64,000 nucleotides of DNA from Candidatus Eremiobacteria bacterium (GCA_963758295.1 CAVWUU010000004.1:992001-1056000), one strand, 5' to 3'. Shown: positions 20,520 through 29,984, counted from the stretch's first letter. The notes: generated by a model from the letters alone, not told the origin. Made by a program: numbers and translations.

Positions 20520-21099
20520 AGTTCAACTTCGAAAAGATGTGACTGACATGGTTCTTCACGGTCTTCTCGGAGAGGATGAGTCGCGCTCCGATATCGCGAT
20601 TCGACAATCCCTGCGCGATCAAACGAATGATTTCCGTCTCGCGCGGAGAGAGCTGATTCGCGCTGGGCTTGCTCGCCGAGATGCGGCGGCGGAAAAACGC
20701 CGCTGCCACGCGAGGATCGACGTAGTTCGCCCCTTCACCGACGGTTTTGATGGCCGTAATTAACTCTTGAAGCGATGAGTCCTTAACGATATACGCATCG
20801 GCACCTGCGGAGAGACAGTGTTGCAGAAACTCCGGCTGCGTATGCATCGATAGGGCGCAGATCCGGGCGGAGGGTGCCCGGGCCTTGAGGTGTTCCACGA
20901 TGTCGTCGATGTCATCGTTGTCGATATCGATTACGACGACGTCGGGCTGCTCTTTCATCAGAGCCTGAGACTCAACGTCGGCGGTGATGCCGATGACGCG
21001 CACGCCCGGGTCCGATGAGAGCGCCTGGGCGACGGCTTTGCCAAAAAGCAGTTGCTTCTCGACGATGCATACGCTAAGCGGCCTATGTGTAACGTTCAT
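20467..21099 (-). CDS. NarL/LuxR-family response regulator (DosR-like recognition helix)
   Basis: REC domain (VVIDI, LSMH, YIVK) plus LSPRETEIIRLIAQGLSNRDIGARLILSEKTVKNHVS HTH. Confidence 0.92.
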   Translation of the reverse strand: MNVTHRPLSVCIVEKQLLFGKAVAQALSSDPGVRVIGITADVESQALMKEQPDVVVIDIDNDDIDDIVEHLKARAPSARICALSMHTQPEFLQHCLSAGADAYIVKDSSLQELITAIKTVGEGANYVDPRVAAAFFRRRISASKPSANQLSPRETEIIRLIAQGLSNRDIGARLILSEKTVKNHVSHIFSKLNFTTRSQAAVHAIRHGLA

Positions 21100-21264
21100 T
21101 GCAGTGCCAACCCTTGTAAATATCAAGCGTAAAAGCACGCCTCGGCGCGTCCCAAAAAGGCACACCGAGCCGACCAGAAGCGCACGGCCCACTCGCGCTC
21201 GTAGGTTTTGGAACGCCCCTCACCCGGCGCGGTCATTTCCTAATTTAGATTTAACGATTGACAC

Positions 21265-21320
21265 GGGTCTACAGACAAGGGGCTTAGGTACTGGGCCGAA
21301 CGGCCGGGCACTTAGGACGA
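21265..21320. promoter_or_regulatory. Four abutting 14-bp DosR-like boxes upstream of the regulator
   Basis: GGGTC-TACA-GACAA / GGGGC-TTAG-GTACT / GGGCC-GAAC-GGCCG / GGCAC-TTAG-GACGA. Confidence 0.55.
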
Positions 21321-21331
21321 ATGCCGCTCTT

Positions 21332-24300
21332 TTAATGAATCCAGGGCGCCCATGGGGTTCGGGGCGATGCTCGATGTGCCGGTCGGACGGAGTGGCTGGA
21401 TTTTACGACGCGTTTTTGTATTGCAGTTGCTTGCGCCGGCAGCGCAAACGCGGTGATTGTGCCATCCGCCGCACCGACGAAGACCGTTCCGCTATCGATT
21501 ACCGCACCTACATTTCCCCAACTCGAAAGAGCGAAGCTCCACAGCTGTGAGCCGGTTGCTGCGTTGAACGCGTACTGTGTATCGCCCGTGTAGTTCGCCA
21601 CATAGACGACCCCGTTGGCTATTGAGATCGGCGAACGGGGAGCCTGCACCGAGGCAGTGCCGGCCGGTCCGAAGTTCGCACTCCATACCGGCGTAGGATT
21701 CAGCGTGCAATTCGCCTGCATGCTGAAGGCTGCAAGCCCCGGTTGATAGATGCCTTGCATCGACGGCAAACCGACATACATGTAATTTGTCGCCGGATCG
21801 TAGGCGGGCACGCCGGAGAAGCCCGCTTCGTCACTCGTAACGGACATCTGGATGTATTGCACGGGACCCGAACCGATCGAGGATCGGTCGTAAACCTCAA
21901 GCATCCCTGATTTGTTCATCGCTGCAAGCATCGCGGGACAACCGGCAGGCTCGAACAACAACGGCGTCGCGCCGAAATCGAAATCGTCATATCCCGCCGG
22001 CGCCGGGATATTTTCCGGGTAGTTGTTCGCAATAATGCCCAGCGTTGGCGACAGCTCCACGACCTGTTCGGCATACGTCGCGTTCTGCGCCGCGCCGCTG
22101 GTCGTGTCGGCATTACCTGTAGCAACGAATACGTCATTCGTCGCGGGATCGATCGATGCACCTCCCGGCCCCCAAATGCCACCACCGCTGGCGCCCTGTG
22201 TCGAAGTGCCGGTCATCGTGTAAAACGTACCGCTGATGCTCGGCCCGCTAGTGTTGATCGCCACGATCCGTCCGTACCAGGGCGAAATGTCGCACGTCGA
22301 ACCGGTTACGGCATAGAGCATCCCGTTAGAAGGATTGTAGGTAAGGCCGCCGTGCATAAAATTATGGTCGGGCGTATAGTTTGCAATCGTGATCGGCCAT
22401 CCGCCGGCCTCTTTCCCGGTGGCGAGATCGACGGCGTGGACTTGATTTATGCCGTCCGAAAAGTACAACCGGTTTTTGCCGCGGTCGATCGCCGGTGTTT
22501 CTCCAATTCCAAATGTGGACGCTGACGTTCCGCAATTATAGCTGGAAGTCGGCACCGCGTCTTGCCATACGATTGCGCTTGTCGCCGTGTTGATGGCGTA
22601 CATCGTTGCGCCGTACTGCGAGCCGGCGTAGAGAATGTTGGTCAATTGGCCGCTCACGTTTACATTGTTCGCAAGGACAGGCTCGTGCACCATACTGGAA
22701 CCGACGTTGAACGTCCAAGCCTGCTTCAGCGTGCTGACGTTAGATATTCCGACCGTCGACTCGACCGGATTGTAACCGGTCCGCTGCAAGTCAAAGCCGA
22801 ACGATAGCCAGTCGGCCGCCGGCGGCGTTGGACTGCCTGCCGGCGTCGACGACACGCCTGAAGTTCCCGCAGTGTAGTGATTTTGAATTTGCGCCGCGCT
22901 CAGCGTTTTGCCGGCATACACGGCAACTTCGTCGATGGACCCCTTGAAAGCTGGATCGCTCAGACCCGCGTCATCGCCGATCGTAAGCCCGTACCCGGCC
23001 GTATAGTCCGCAAGCGTGCCGGTCTTCGCGCCGCTTGCAACCAGCACCCCGTTTACGTAAAGGCGGCCCGTCGTGCCATCGTACGTCGAGGCAACGTAGT
23101 AAACTTTGTTAGCCGCAAGCGCCGTTGGTGAAGGGACTTCCAAGACGCCGCTGGAGAGATAGAATTGTGCAACGAGCTGTCCGCCGGTGCGAAAGAACAG
23201 CGAATACGGCGCGTATGAAAAGTCGGTGCCATATGCGACGAGCGTCGTGTAGACCGGCGGAGTTGTTGCGAACTTTAGCCATGCTTCCAAAGAAACGGTT
23301 GTTGATGGTTGCAGCGCGCTGCTTTGTTTGACGGAGATAATACCTGCACTTGAAGCGGTGCCCGGGAACCCCATCGAGGATCCCGTGCTCGCAGGCAACA
23401 GCGATGCACCGCCTTTAGTAACGGACGACCCGATTGTGCCGTTGTATCCGTGCCCGGTCTTATCGGTTGCGAGCGTCCCGGTGTCGTCGAGTTCGTAAAA
23501 GGCGGACGGCGCGTCGGCGAGCACGATGCTTCCGTACTGGCCACTAACAATCGGGGTCGGCGTCGGTGCGGGACTGGGACTAGCGCTCGGGCTTGGAGTT
23601 GGCGTCGTTACACTGCCGCCCGTCCCGGCGTTGTAGTGATTCAGCACTTGCGCCGCCGTTAACACCGTCCCGGCGTAAATCGCGACTTCGTCCACCGTAC
23701 CGGCGTACGTGGGATCCGTCAGCGCTGTATCGTCGCCGATACCAACGCCGAAGTTCGGCGTGTAGTTGGTAAGCGATCCGGTCTTGGCGCCCGTTGCAAC
23801 TTGAACGCCGTTCACATACAAGCGTCCCGTCGTTCCATCGAACGTCGAGACGACGTGGTATGTGGTATTTACTGCGAGTTTTGAAGGGGCCGCAACTTCG
23901 AGCACGCCGGCGGTCGTATAAAATTGCGCGACGAGCGCACCGCCGGCTCGGAAGAATAAATCGTATGGTGCATAGAGTCCGTCGCTGCCATACGAAACGG
24001 CGGCGGCGTATGTCGTAGGCACAGACGCAAAGCGGATCCAGGCTTCTACGGAAACCGCCGAAGCCGGTTGCAGCTTAGTGTTCTTCGGCACCGTCACGAT
24101 CGCTGCCGACGTCGCCGAACCTCCGGGAAACGCCATAGCCGTATCGGAAGTCGACGATAGCAAGCTCGGAGCGCTTTTCGTCACCGACGCGCCGATGGCG
24201 CCGTTGATGCCGTTGCCGCTGCTATCAGCAGCGGTGCTCCCGGTGTCGTCAAGGCGATAGTAGGCAGTTGGGCTGTCAGCGAGCACGATCGTCGCGTAAT

Positions 24301-24430
24301 CCGCGCCGTTGGCCAGAGTGGACCGACGCTCTAGCGGCGGCAATCCGCTTCCGCCTCCGTGTCCTCCACAAGAAGAAACAGCAGCTGTCCCGGCAACTGC
24401 CAGAAGCAACGCACGCCATGTTGCTCGCAT
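21332..24430 (-). CDS. Large lipoprotein: two tandem LamG domains + PQQ-like beta-propeller
   Basis: VSSC lipobox; two near-duplicate ADSPTAYYRLDD/ADAPSAFYELDD LamG repeats; DWLSFGFDLQRTGYNP, GGGIWG, DFDFGATP propeller motifs. Confidence 0.8.
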   Translation of the reverse strand: MRATWRALLLAVAGTAAVSSCGGHGGGSGLPPLERRSTLANGADYATIVLADSPTAYYRLDDTGSTAADSSGNGINGAIGASVTKSAPSLLSSTSDTAMAFPGGSATSAAIVTVPKNTKLQPASAVSVEAWIRFASVPTTYAAAVSYGSDGLYAPYDLFFRAGGALVAQFYTTAGVLEVAAPSKLAVNTTYHVVSTFDGTTGRLYVNGVQVATGAKTGSLTNYTPNFGVGIGDDTALTDPTYAGTVDEVAIYAGTVLTAAQVLNHYNAGTGGSVTTPTPSPSASPSPAPTPTPIVSGQYGSIVLADAPSAFYELDDTGTLATDKTGHGYNGTIGSSVTKGGASLLPASTGSSMGFPGTASSAGIISVKQSSALQPSTTVSLEAWLKFATTPPVYTTLVAYGTDFSYAPYSLFFRTGGQLVAQFYLSSGVLEVPSPTALAANKVYYVASTYDGTTGRLYVNGVLVASGAKTGTLADYTAGYGLTIGDDAGLSDPAFKGSIDEVAVYAGKTLSAAQIQNHYTAGTSGVSSTPAGSPTPPAADWLSFGFDLQRTGYNPVESTVGISNVSTLKQAWTFNVGSSMVHEPVLANNVNVSGQLTNILYAGSQYGATMYAINTATSAIVWQDAVPTSSYNCGTSASTFGIGETPAIDRGKNRLYFSDGINQVHAVDLATGKEAGGWPITIANYTPDHNFMHGGLTYNPSNGMLYAVTGSTCDISPWYGRIVAINTSGPSISGTFYTMTGTSTQGASGGGIWGPGGASIDPATNDVFVATGNADTTSGAAQNATYAEQVVELSPTLGIIANNYPENIPAPAGYDDFDFGATPLLFEPAGCPAMLAAMNKSGMLEVYDRSSIGSGPVQYIQMSVTSDEAGFSGVPAYDPATNYMYVGLPSMQGIYQPGLAAFSMQANCTLNPTPVWSANFGPAGTASVQAPRSPISIANGVVYVANYTGDTQYAFNAATGSQLWSFALSSWGNVGAVIDSGTVFVGAADGTITAFALPAQATAIQKRVVKSSHSVRPAHRASPRTPWAPWIH

Positions 24431-24489
24431 AATAAATTTAGCGTAGGAGTCGCTTCTACGCGTTGGCAGAGCATTGCGTCGCGTATTCT

Positions 24490-24503
24490 GGGACGAAGGA
24501 CCT
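24490..24503. promoter_or_regulatory. DosR-like box upstream of LamG-propeller gene
   Basis: GGGAC-GAAG-GACCT. Confidence 0.55.
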
Positions 24504-24532
24504 AGTTATGAATTGAACGGTGTGCCGAATGT

Positions 24533-25258
24533 TTATTCGCTTAGATACGTGAGCACCGAAACAACGAATAAGGCCGCGGTTTCGGTTCGAAGAATGCGCT
24601 CGCCGAGCGAGATCACGAACGCGCCGTCGTGCTGGGCCGACTCCGTTTCGTGATGCGAAAAGCCGCCTTCAGGGCCAATGACGACAAGCACGCGCTTGGC
24701 ATTGTGCACCTTCGGTGGCAGCGCCTCGCGCAACGGCGTGCGATCCGCGACTTCCCACGGAAACAGTACTGCGTCGTACGAATCAAAGCGCTCGCGTAAG
24801 CGCGGGAACGAAAGCGTCGCTTCGATTCGTGCAACGTCTCGACGTCCGCTCTGCTGCGCCGCAGCCTCCGCAATGCGGCGCCAGCGCTCGAGCTTGCCGT
24901 CGTTGGCCCTCGCGATGCACCGTTCGCTTTCAAACGGCAAAATCGCCGAGACCCCGAGTTCGCTCAGCTTCTCAACGATAAAGTCCATCTTCTGGCCCTT
25001 GGGCACGGCCTGCGCGACATCGATTTGCAGACCGGTTTGCGGTTCGCCGGCGCGGCCGTCGTGCAGACGGGCGCAGACCTCAATGTCTTCAATTTCCAAC
25101 ACGCCTCGAAATACCGTTGCCGACGAGTCGACAATTTCAACGGCGTCGCCGCTTTTCAGGCGCAAGACGCGAAGGATCTTGCGAGCGTCTTTTCCCGCAA
25201 CCGGGACGACGTCGCCGTCTACGTGGGTGCCCTCGACGAAGAAACGGCGGGCCGGCAC
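24533..25258 (-). CDS. rsmE: 16S rRNA m3U1498 methyltransferase
   Basis: VLRLKSGD, KLSELGV, AAQQSGR, IGPEGGFS, LGERILRTETA. Confidence 0.95.
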   Translation of the reverse strand: MPARRFFVEGTHVDGDVVPVAGKDARKILRVLRLKSGDAVEIVDSSATVFRGVLEIEDIEVCARLHDGRAGEPQTGLQIDVAQAVPKGQKMDFIVEKLSELGVSAILPFESERCIARANDGKLERWRRIAEAAAQQSGRRDVARIEATLSFPRLRERFDSYDAVLFPWEVADRTPLREALPPKVHNAKRVLVVIGPEGGFSHHETESAQHDGAFVISLGERILRTETAALFVVSVLTYLSE

Positions 25259-26379
25259 TATTCGGGCCGGAACGCTTCTTTCACGCGATCGAAGAAGCTC
25301 TTCTCCTCAATGCTGTCGCCGCCGGCGCGTGCATATTCTTCGAGCAGTTCGCGTTGACGCTTCGTGAGCTTCGTGGGAATCGCGACATGGATCGTAACGT
25401 GGTGATCGCCGCGTTGCGTACCGCGTACGCTAGGCATTCCGTGTCCGCGTAAACGGAGTGTGGTACCCGACTGCGTTCCAGGCGGAACGGTCAACGCGAT
25501 CTCGCCTTCGAGCGACGGCACGTTGAAGATTGCGCCGAGCGCCGCTTGCGGGAAACTGAGCGGAACGTCGATGTACGTGTCCAAGCCGTCGCGCCTGAAA
25601 AGCGGATGCGGCGCAATGGTGAGGTACACGTAGAGATCGCCCGCTGAACCACCGCGGATCCCGGCTTCGCCATTTCCGCCGATTCGAATGCGCGAGCCGT
25701 CGTCGACGCCTGCGGGAACCTTTACCGTGAGCTTCCGCTCGACTTCGTGACGCCCCCGGCCGTTACACGTAACACACGGTTGCGAAATGACGTGGCCTTC
25801 GCCGTTGCACTTGGAACACGTGGTTTGCGTGACGAACTGCCCGAGCGGCGTCTGGCGAACGGTGCGCATGATGCCCGAGCCGGCGCAACGATCGCAGGGA
25901 ACGACAAGCGAACCGGGTTGCGCGCCCGAGCCTTTACACGTTTCACACTGCGCGAGATGCGAGAATTGAATCTCTTTCGTCGTGCCCGAAAACGCTTCGT
26001 CCAGCGTGATTTCGAGATCGTAGCGCAGATCGGATCCGCGTTGCGGGCCGTTGCGGCGAGGCTGCTGCGTTCGCATCTCGCCGAAAAACATGTCGAAGAT
26101 GTCGCCGAATCCGGCGCCTCCAAAACCGTTGAATCCGAAATCGGCGCCTGCACCGGCCCCGTTTACCGAGCCGAAACGATCGTATTGCGCGCGTTTCTGC
26201 GGGTCGGAGAGCACCTCGTACGCTTCGTTGATTTCCTTGAAGCGATGCTCCGCCTCCACTTTGTCGGATGCAACGTCGGGATGATGCTTCCGTGCGAGCG
26301 TGCGGTACGCATGTTTAATGTCGTCAGCGGACGCTTCTCGCGCGACGCCGAGGACTTCGTAGTAATCCTTGGTGGGCAT
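25258..26379 (-). CDS. dnaJ: Chaperone DnaJ
   Basis: J-domain HPD, G/F region, four CxxCxGxG repeats. Confidence 0.97.
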   Translation of the reverse strand: MPTKDYYEVLGVAREASADDIKHAYRTLARKHHPDVASDKVEAEHRFKEINEAYEVLSDPQKRAQYDRFGSVNGAGAGADFGFNGFGGAGFGDIFDMFFGEMRTQQPRRNGPQRGSDLRYDLEITLDEAFSGTTKEIQFSHLAQCETCKGSGAQPGSLVVPCDRCAGSGIMRTVRQTPLGQFVTQTTCSKCNGEGHVISQPCVTCNGRGRHEVERKLTVKVPAGVDDGSRIRIGGNGEAGIRGGSAGDLYVYLTIAPHPLFRRDGLDTYIDVPLSFPQAALGAIFNVPSLEGEIALTVPPGTQSGTTLRLRGHGMPSVRGTQRGDHHVTIHVAIPTKLTKRQRELLEEYARAGGDSIEEKSFFDRVKEAFRPE

Positions 26380-26400
26380 TTAGTACGTATCGAGCTTTCG

Positions 26401-27447
26401 TTATTTGATTTCGACGTCGGAGAGTCGTTCGGATAAGGTTTCGGCCGTTCCGGATGCGAGCGCCAGGAGCCTGGCGTACGGCATGCGGCGGGGGCCTAGG
26501 ATTGAGAGCATGCCCATTGCATGCTCGCCGAAACGATACGGCACGGTGACGACGGAAAGGTCGGAAAGCTCGTCTACGCCGAGTTCCTGGCCGATTTTTA
26601 CACTCGCCGCATCGACGTTGACCGCATCGGCAACCAAATCGTACAACGTCTTCTGCTCTTCGACGATGCGTAAGATCGAACGGACCTTCCGTAAATCGTG
26701 GAACTCCGGCTGATCGAGCAGGTTCTGCGCGCCTGCCGCGGCTACGGTGGGGGCTTCGTTCGATCGAGCGCTACGCAAGGCAGCAAGCACCGCATCACGC
26801 AACTCATCGGCAAGCTTCAACTCGCTGATGACCGCCGCGACTTCCGAGTCTGGAATTTCGCGGAGTAACTGATGCGATAACCGGGAGTTCAGGCCGTTCG
26901 AGAGCCGCGTTAGGGCATCGGCCTCGATGTCGTGTTGCAATTCAAAGAGGGTCTGAGCCGCGACACCGAGCGATGTGACGACGATCGCCACGCCGGTTCG
27001 CGGTGAGAGCCAAATCAACTGAATGTGTTTGAAGCTCTGCGTATCGGTCTGAGGTTTGGTTACGAAAGCCAAATTGTTCGAGAGGCGTCCAAGCAGGCGT
27101 GTGGCCTGCTCGATGATTTCATCAAGCTCCCGGCTCACGTCGCGCAGCTCCTCACGAATACGCCGCCGATCGTCGTGCGCTAGCTGTTCCGGCGCCATGA
27201 GCTGATCGACGTACGTACGATAGCCGGCGTCCGAGGGAATCCGCCCGGCGGACGTGTGCGGTTGAACCAAGTAGCCGCCGGCTTCGAGTTCCGCCATCTC
27301 GTTTCGCACGGTGGCCGAGCTGACGCCGAGGTTATACTTCTGCGTGAGGGTATTCGAGCCGACGGGCTCCGCCGTCGCAATGTACTCGTACACCACCGTC
27401 GCTAGGATGTAGGCCTTCCGCTTATCGAGACCGCCCTCGCCCCTCAT
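26401..27447 (-). CDS. hrcA: Heat-inducible transcription repressor HrcA
   Basis: EPVGS, SSATVRNEM, QPHTSAGRIPSDAGYR, GPRRMPY. Confidence 0.96.
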   Translation of the reverse strand: MRGEGGLDKRKAYILATVVYEYIATAEPVGSNTLTQKYNLGVSSATVRNEMAELEAGGYLVQPHTSAGRIPSDAGYRTYVDQLMAPEQLAHDDRRRIREELRDVSRELDEIIEQATRLLGRLSNNLAFVTKPQTDTQSFKHIQLIWLSPRTGVAIVVTSLGVAAQTLFELQHDIEADALTRLSNGLNSRLSHQLLREIPDSEVAAVISELKLADELRDAVLAALRSARSNEAPTVAAAGAQNLLDQPEFHDLRKVRSILRIVEEQKTLYDLVADAVNVDAASVKIGQELGVDELSDLSVVTVPYRFGEHAMGMLSILGPRRMPYARLLALASGTAETLSERLSDVEIK

Positions 27448-27453
27448 AGCCTC

Positions 27454-27963
27454 CTATCTTAGCACTCCTGCCGCTGGACTGCCAATGGTCTCCTGTAAAG
27501 CGCCTGCCAACTCGGTCCAGCTGGTCTCGCCGACGGAGACATAACTCACGTTTCCGTCCCGGTCGACGAGGATCGTTACGGGGATCGGCGGCACGGAGTA
27601 CGCGCCCGAGATCGCCGAGTTCAGATCTTCCACCAGCGGCAATTCGATGTTCCAAAGGCGCAGGTAGCTGGCGGCGACGTCGTGAGGCTCGGAAGAAACG
27701 GTAACCACCGTCAGGCGATCTCCGTACTCCTGGCGCGCGCGCACGAACAGACTCAATTCTTCGGTGCACGGATGACACCACGATGCCCAAAAATTGATCA
27801 ACACCGCTTTGCCGTGGAGCGAAGAAAGCGGCTTGTATTTGTGGCCGATCGGCAAGTTGAAATCGGGCGGCGGCGCATGGTAATGAATCGTGGCAAGGCC
27901 CGTGTTTGCGGGAGTTGCATTAGCGGCGGCGATGGTGCCGGCTAAAACCAGTGCGCCAAGCAT
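27454..27963 (-). CDS. TlpA/ResA-family thiol-disulfide oxidoreductase, exported
   Basis: INFWASWCHPCTEE; signal peptide. Confidence 0.88.
   Translation of the reverse strand: MLGALVLAGTIAAANATPANTGLATIHYHAPPPDFNLPIGHKYKPLSSLHGKAVLINFWASWCHPCTEELSLFVRARQEYGDRLTVVTVSSEPHDVAASYLRLWNIELPLVEDLNSAISGAYSVPPIPVTILVDRDGNVSYVSVGETSWTELAGALQETIGSPAAGVLR
27459..27485. promoter_or_regulatory. CIRCE element (HrcA operator)
   Basis: TTAGCACTC-N9-GACTGCCAA vs consensus TTAGCACTC-N9-GAGTGCTAA, 12 bp upstream of hrcA start. Confidence 0.88.
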
Positions 27964-28016
27964 TGAGTGAGACGTTTTCGGCAGGCCTTGGAATCCATCC
28001 CCGTTAAACCGATTGC

Positions 28017-29972
28017 ATGAGCACGCAAGCAATCGAAGCGCTCTTCGAAGAGAGCCGCCGTTTTCCGCCGTCGCCGGAGTTCGCTGCGCAAGCTAACGCG
28101 CAACCCGGGATCTACGAAGACGCGGAAAACGATTATGTCGCGTTCTGGGCTCATTGGGCGCGCAAGCTCGAATGGATGAAACCATTCACGCAAACGCTGG
28201 AATGGAATGAGCCGTTTGCGCGCTGGTTTTCCGATGGCACGCTCAATGCGTCGGTGAATTGCCTCGATCGCCACGTACGGGCCGGTAAAGGTGATAAGAT
28301 CGCCTACTATTACGAAGGCGAGCCCGGCGACCGCTGGACGATCACGTATCAACAGCTGCTGGAAGACGTTTGCCGCTTTGCCAACGGCCTGCGCGCGCTC
28401 GGCGTAAAAAAAGGCGATCGCGTTGCGATCTACATGCCGATGGTTCCCGAATTGCCGGTGGCGATGCTTGCGTGCGCTCGAATCGGCGCCGCGCACTCGG
28501 TGATTTTCGGCGGCTTCTCACCGGATTCGATCATCGACCGCGTCAACGATGCGGAATGCGTGGCATTGATCACCGCGGACCAAGGCTGGCGGCGCGGAAA
28601 CAAAGTTGCACTCAAGCGCAACTGCGATCTCGCAATGGAGCAGACACCGACGATCCGTCACTGCATCGTCGCCAAGCGCGTGGGCGACGACGTTTTTATG
28701 AAAGACGGCCGCGATCTGTGGTGGGACGAAGTCGTCGCCGGTCAAGCCGCAACGTGCGAACCCGAACCGATGAACGCGGAGGATCTGCTGTACTTGCTCT
28801 ATACGAGCGGCACGACGGCGAAACCCAAAGGCATCAAACACACGACGGGCGGCTATCTCACGCACGTCAGCATGACGCATAAACTCGTCTTCGATTTAAA
28901 AGAAGATACCGACATCTACTGGTGCGCGGCCGACATCGGCTGGGTAACCGGGCATTCGTACATCGTGTACGGTCCGCTCGCGAACGGGGCCACGAGCGTA
29001 ATTTACGAAGGCACGCCGGATTACCCGGCCAAGGACCGCTTGTGGGAAATCATCGAGCGCTATAAGGTTACGATTCTCTACACCGCGCCGACGGCGATTC
29101 GCACGTTCATGAAGTGGGGTTCGCAATATCCGGCGGCCCACGATCTCACGTCGCTGCGCGTTCTGGGCAGCGTCGGCGAGCCGATCAATCCCGAAGCGTG
29201 GATGTGGTATCGCGAATGGATCGGCGGCAATCGTACGCCGGTTGTCGATACGTGGTGGCAAACGGAAACGGGCGGCATCATGATTTCGCCGCTGCCGGGC
29301 GTCACCACGCTTCTGCCCGGATCCGCGACCCACCCGCTCCCCGGCGTTGAGGCCGATATCGTGAACGACAATGGCGAATCCGTACCACTCGGCGGCGGCG
29401 GGTTTATCGTCTTGAAACGTCCGTGGCCGGGAATGTTGCGCGGCATTTGGGGCGATGACGAGCGATACAAACAAACGTACTGGTCGAAGTTTCCCCACAT
29501 GTACTTGGCGGGCGACGGTTGCCGGCGCGATCGGGACGGCAACTACTGGTTTATGGGGCGCATCGACGACGTGATGAACGTCAGCGGGCACCGCATCTCG
29601 ACAACCGAGGTCGAAAGCGCGCTCGTCGATCATCCGAAGGTGGCGGAAGCAGCCGTGTGCGGGCGTACCGACGACGTTACGGGGCAGGCGATCTACGCGT
29701 TCGTTTCGCTGCGTGGCGCCGATGCCGGGTCGGCAGAACTCGCGGACGAACTACGCGATCACGTTGCGGAAAAACTCGGAAAGTTCACGCGCCCGAAATA
29801 CATTACGTTCACGCAAGAACTGCCGAAAACGCGCAGCGGAAAGATCATGCGGCGCCTCCTTCGCGACATCGCCGAAGGGAGGCAATTGGGAGACACGACG
29901 ACCCTCGCGGATTCCAGCGTCGTTCACGAGCTGCAAGAACGCGCGAAGGTCGAAGTGACGTCCGACGACTAG
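28017..29972 (+). CDS. acs: Acetyl-CoA synthetase
   Basis: YTSGTTAKPKG, DTWWQTETGG, LPKTRSGKIMRR. Confidence 0.96.
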   Translation: MSTQAIEALFEESRRFPPSPEFAAQANAQPGIYEDAENDYVAFWAHWARKLEWMKPFTQTLEWNEPFARWFSDGTLNASVNCLDRHVRAGKGDKIAYYYEGEPGDRWTITYQQLLEDVCRFANGLRALGVKKGDRVAIYMPMVPELPVAMLACARIGAAHSVIFGGFSPDSIIDRVNDAECVALITADQGWRRGNKVALKRNCDLAMEQTPTIRHCIVAKRVGDDVFMKDGRDLWWDEVVAGQAATCEPEPMNAEDLLYLLYTSGTTAKPKGIKHTTGGYLTHVSMTHKLVFDLKEDTDIYWCAADIGWVTGHSYIVYGPLANGATSVIYEGTPDYPAKDRLWEIIERYKVTILYTAPTAIRTFMKWGSQYPAAHDLTSLRVLGSVGEPINPEAWMWYREWIGGNRTPVVDTWWQTETGGIMISPLPGVTTLLPGSATHPLPGVEADIVNDNGESVPLGGGGFIVLKRPWPGMLRGIWGDDERYKQTYWSKFPHMYLAGDGCRRDRDGNYWFMGRIDDVMNVSGHRISTTEVESALVDHPKVAEAAVCGRTDDVTGQAIYAFVSLRGADAGSAELADELRDHVAEKLGKFTRPKYITFTQELPKTRSGKIMRRLLRDIAEGRQLGDTTTLADSSVVHELQERAKVEVTSDD

Positions 29973-29984
29973 AGCGGAAAGAAG

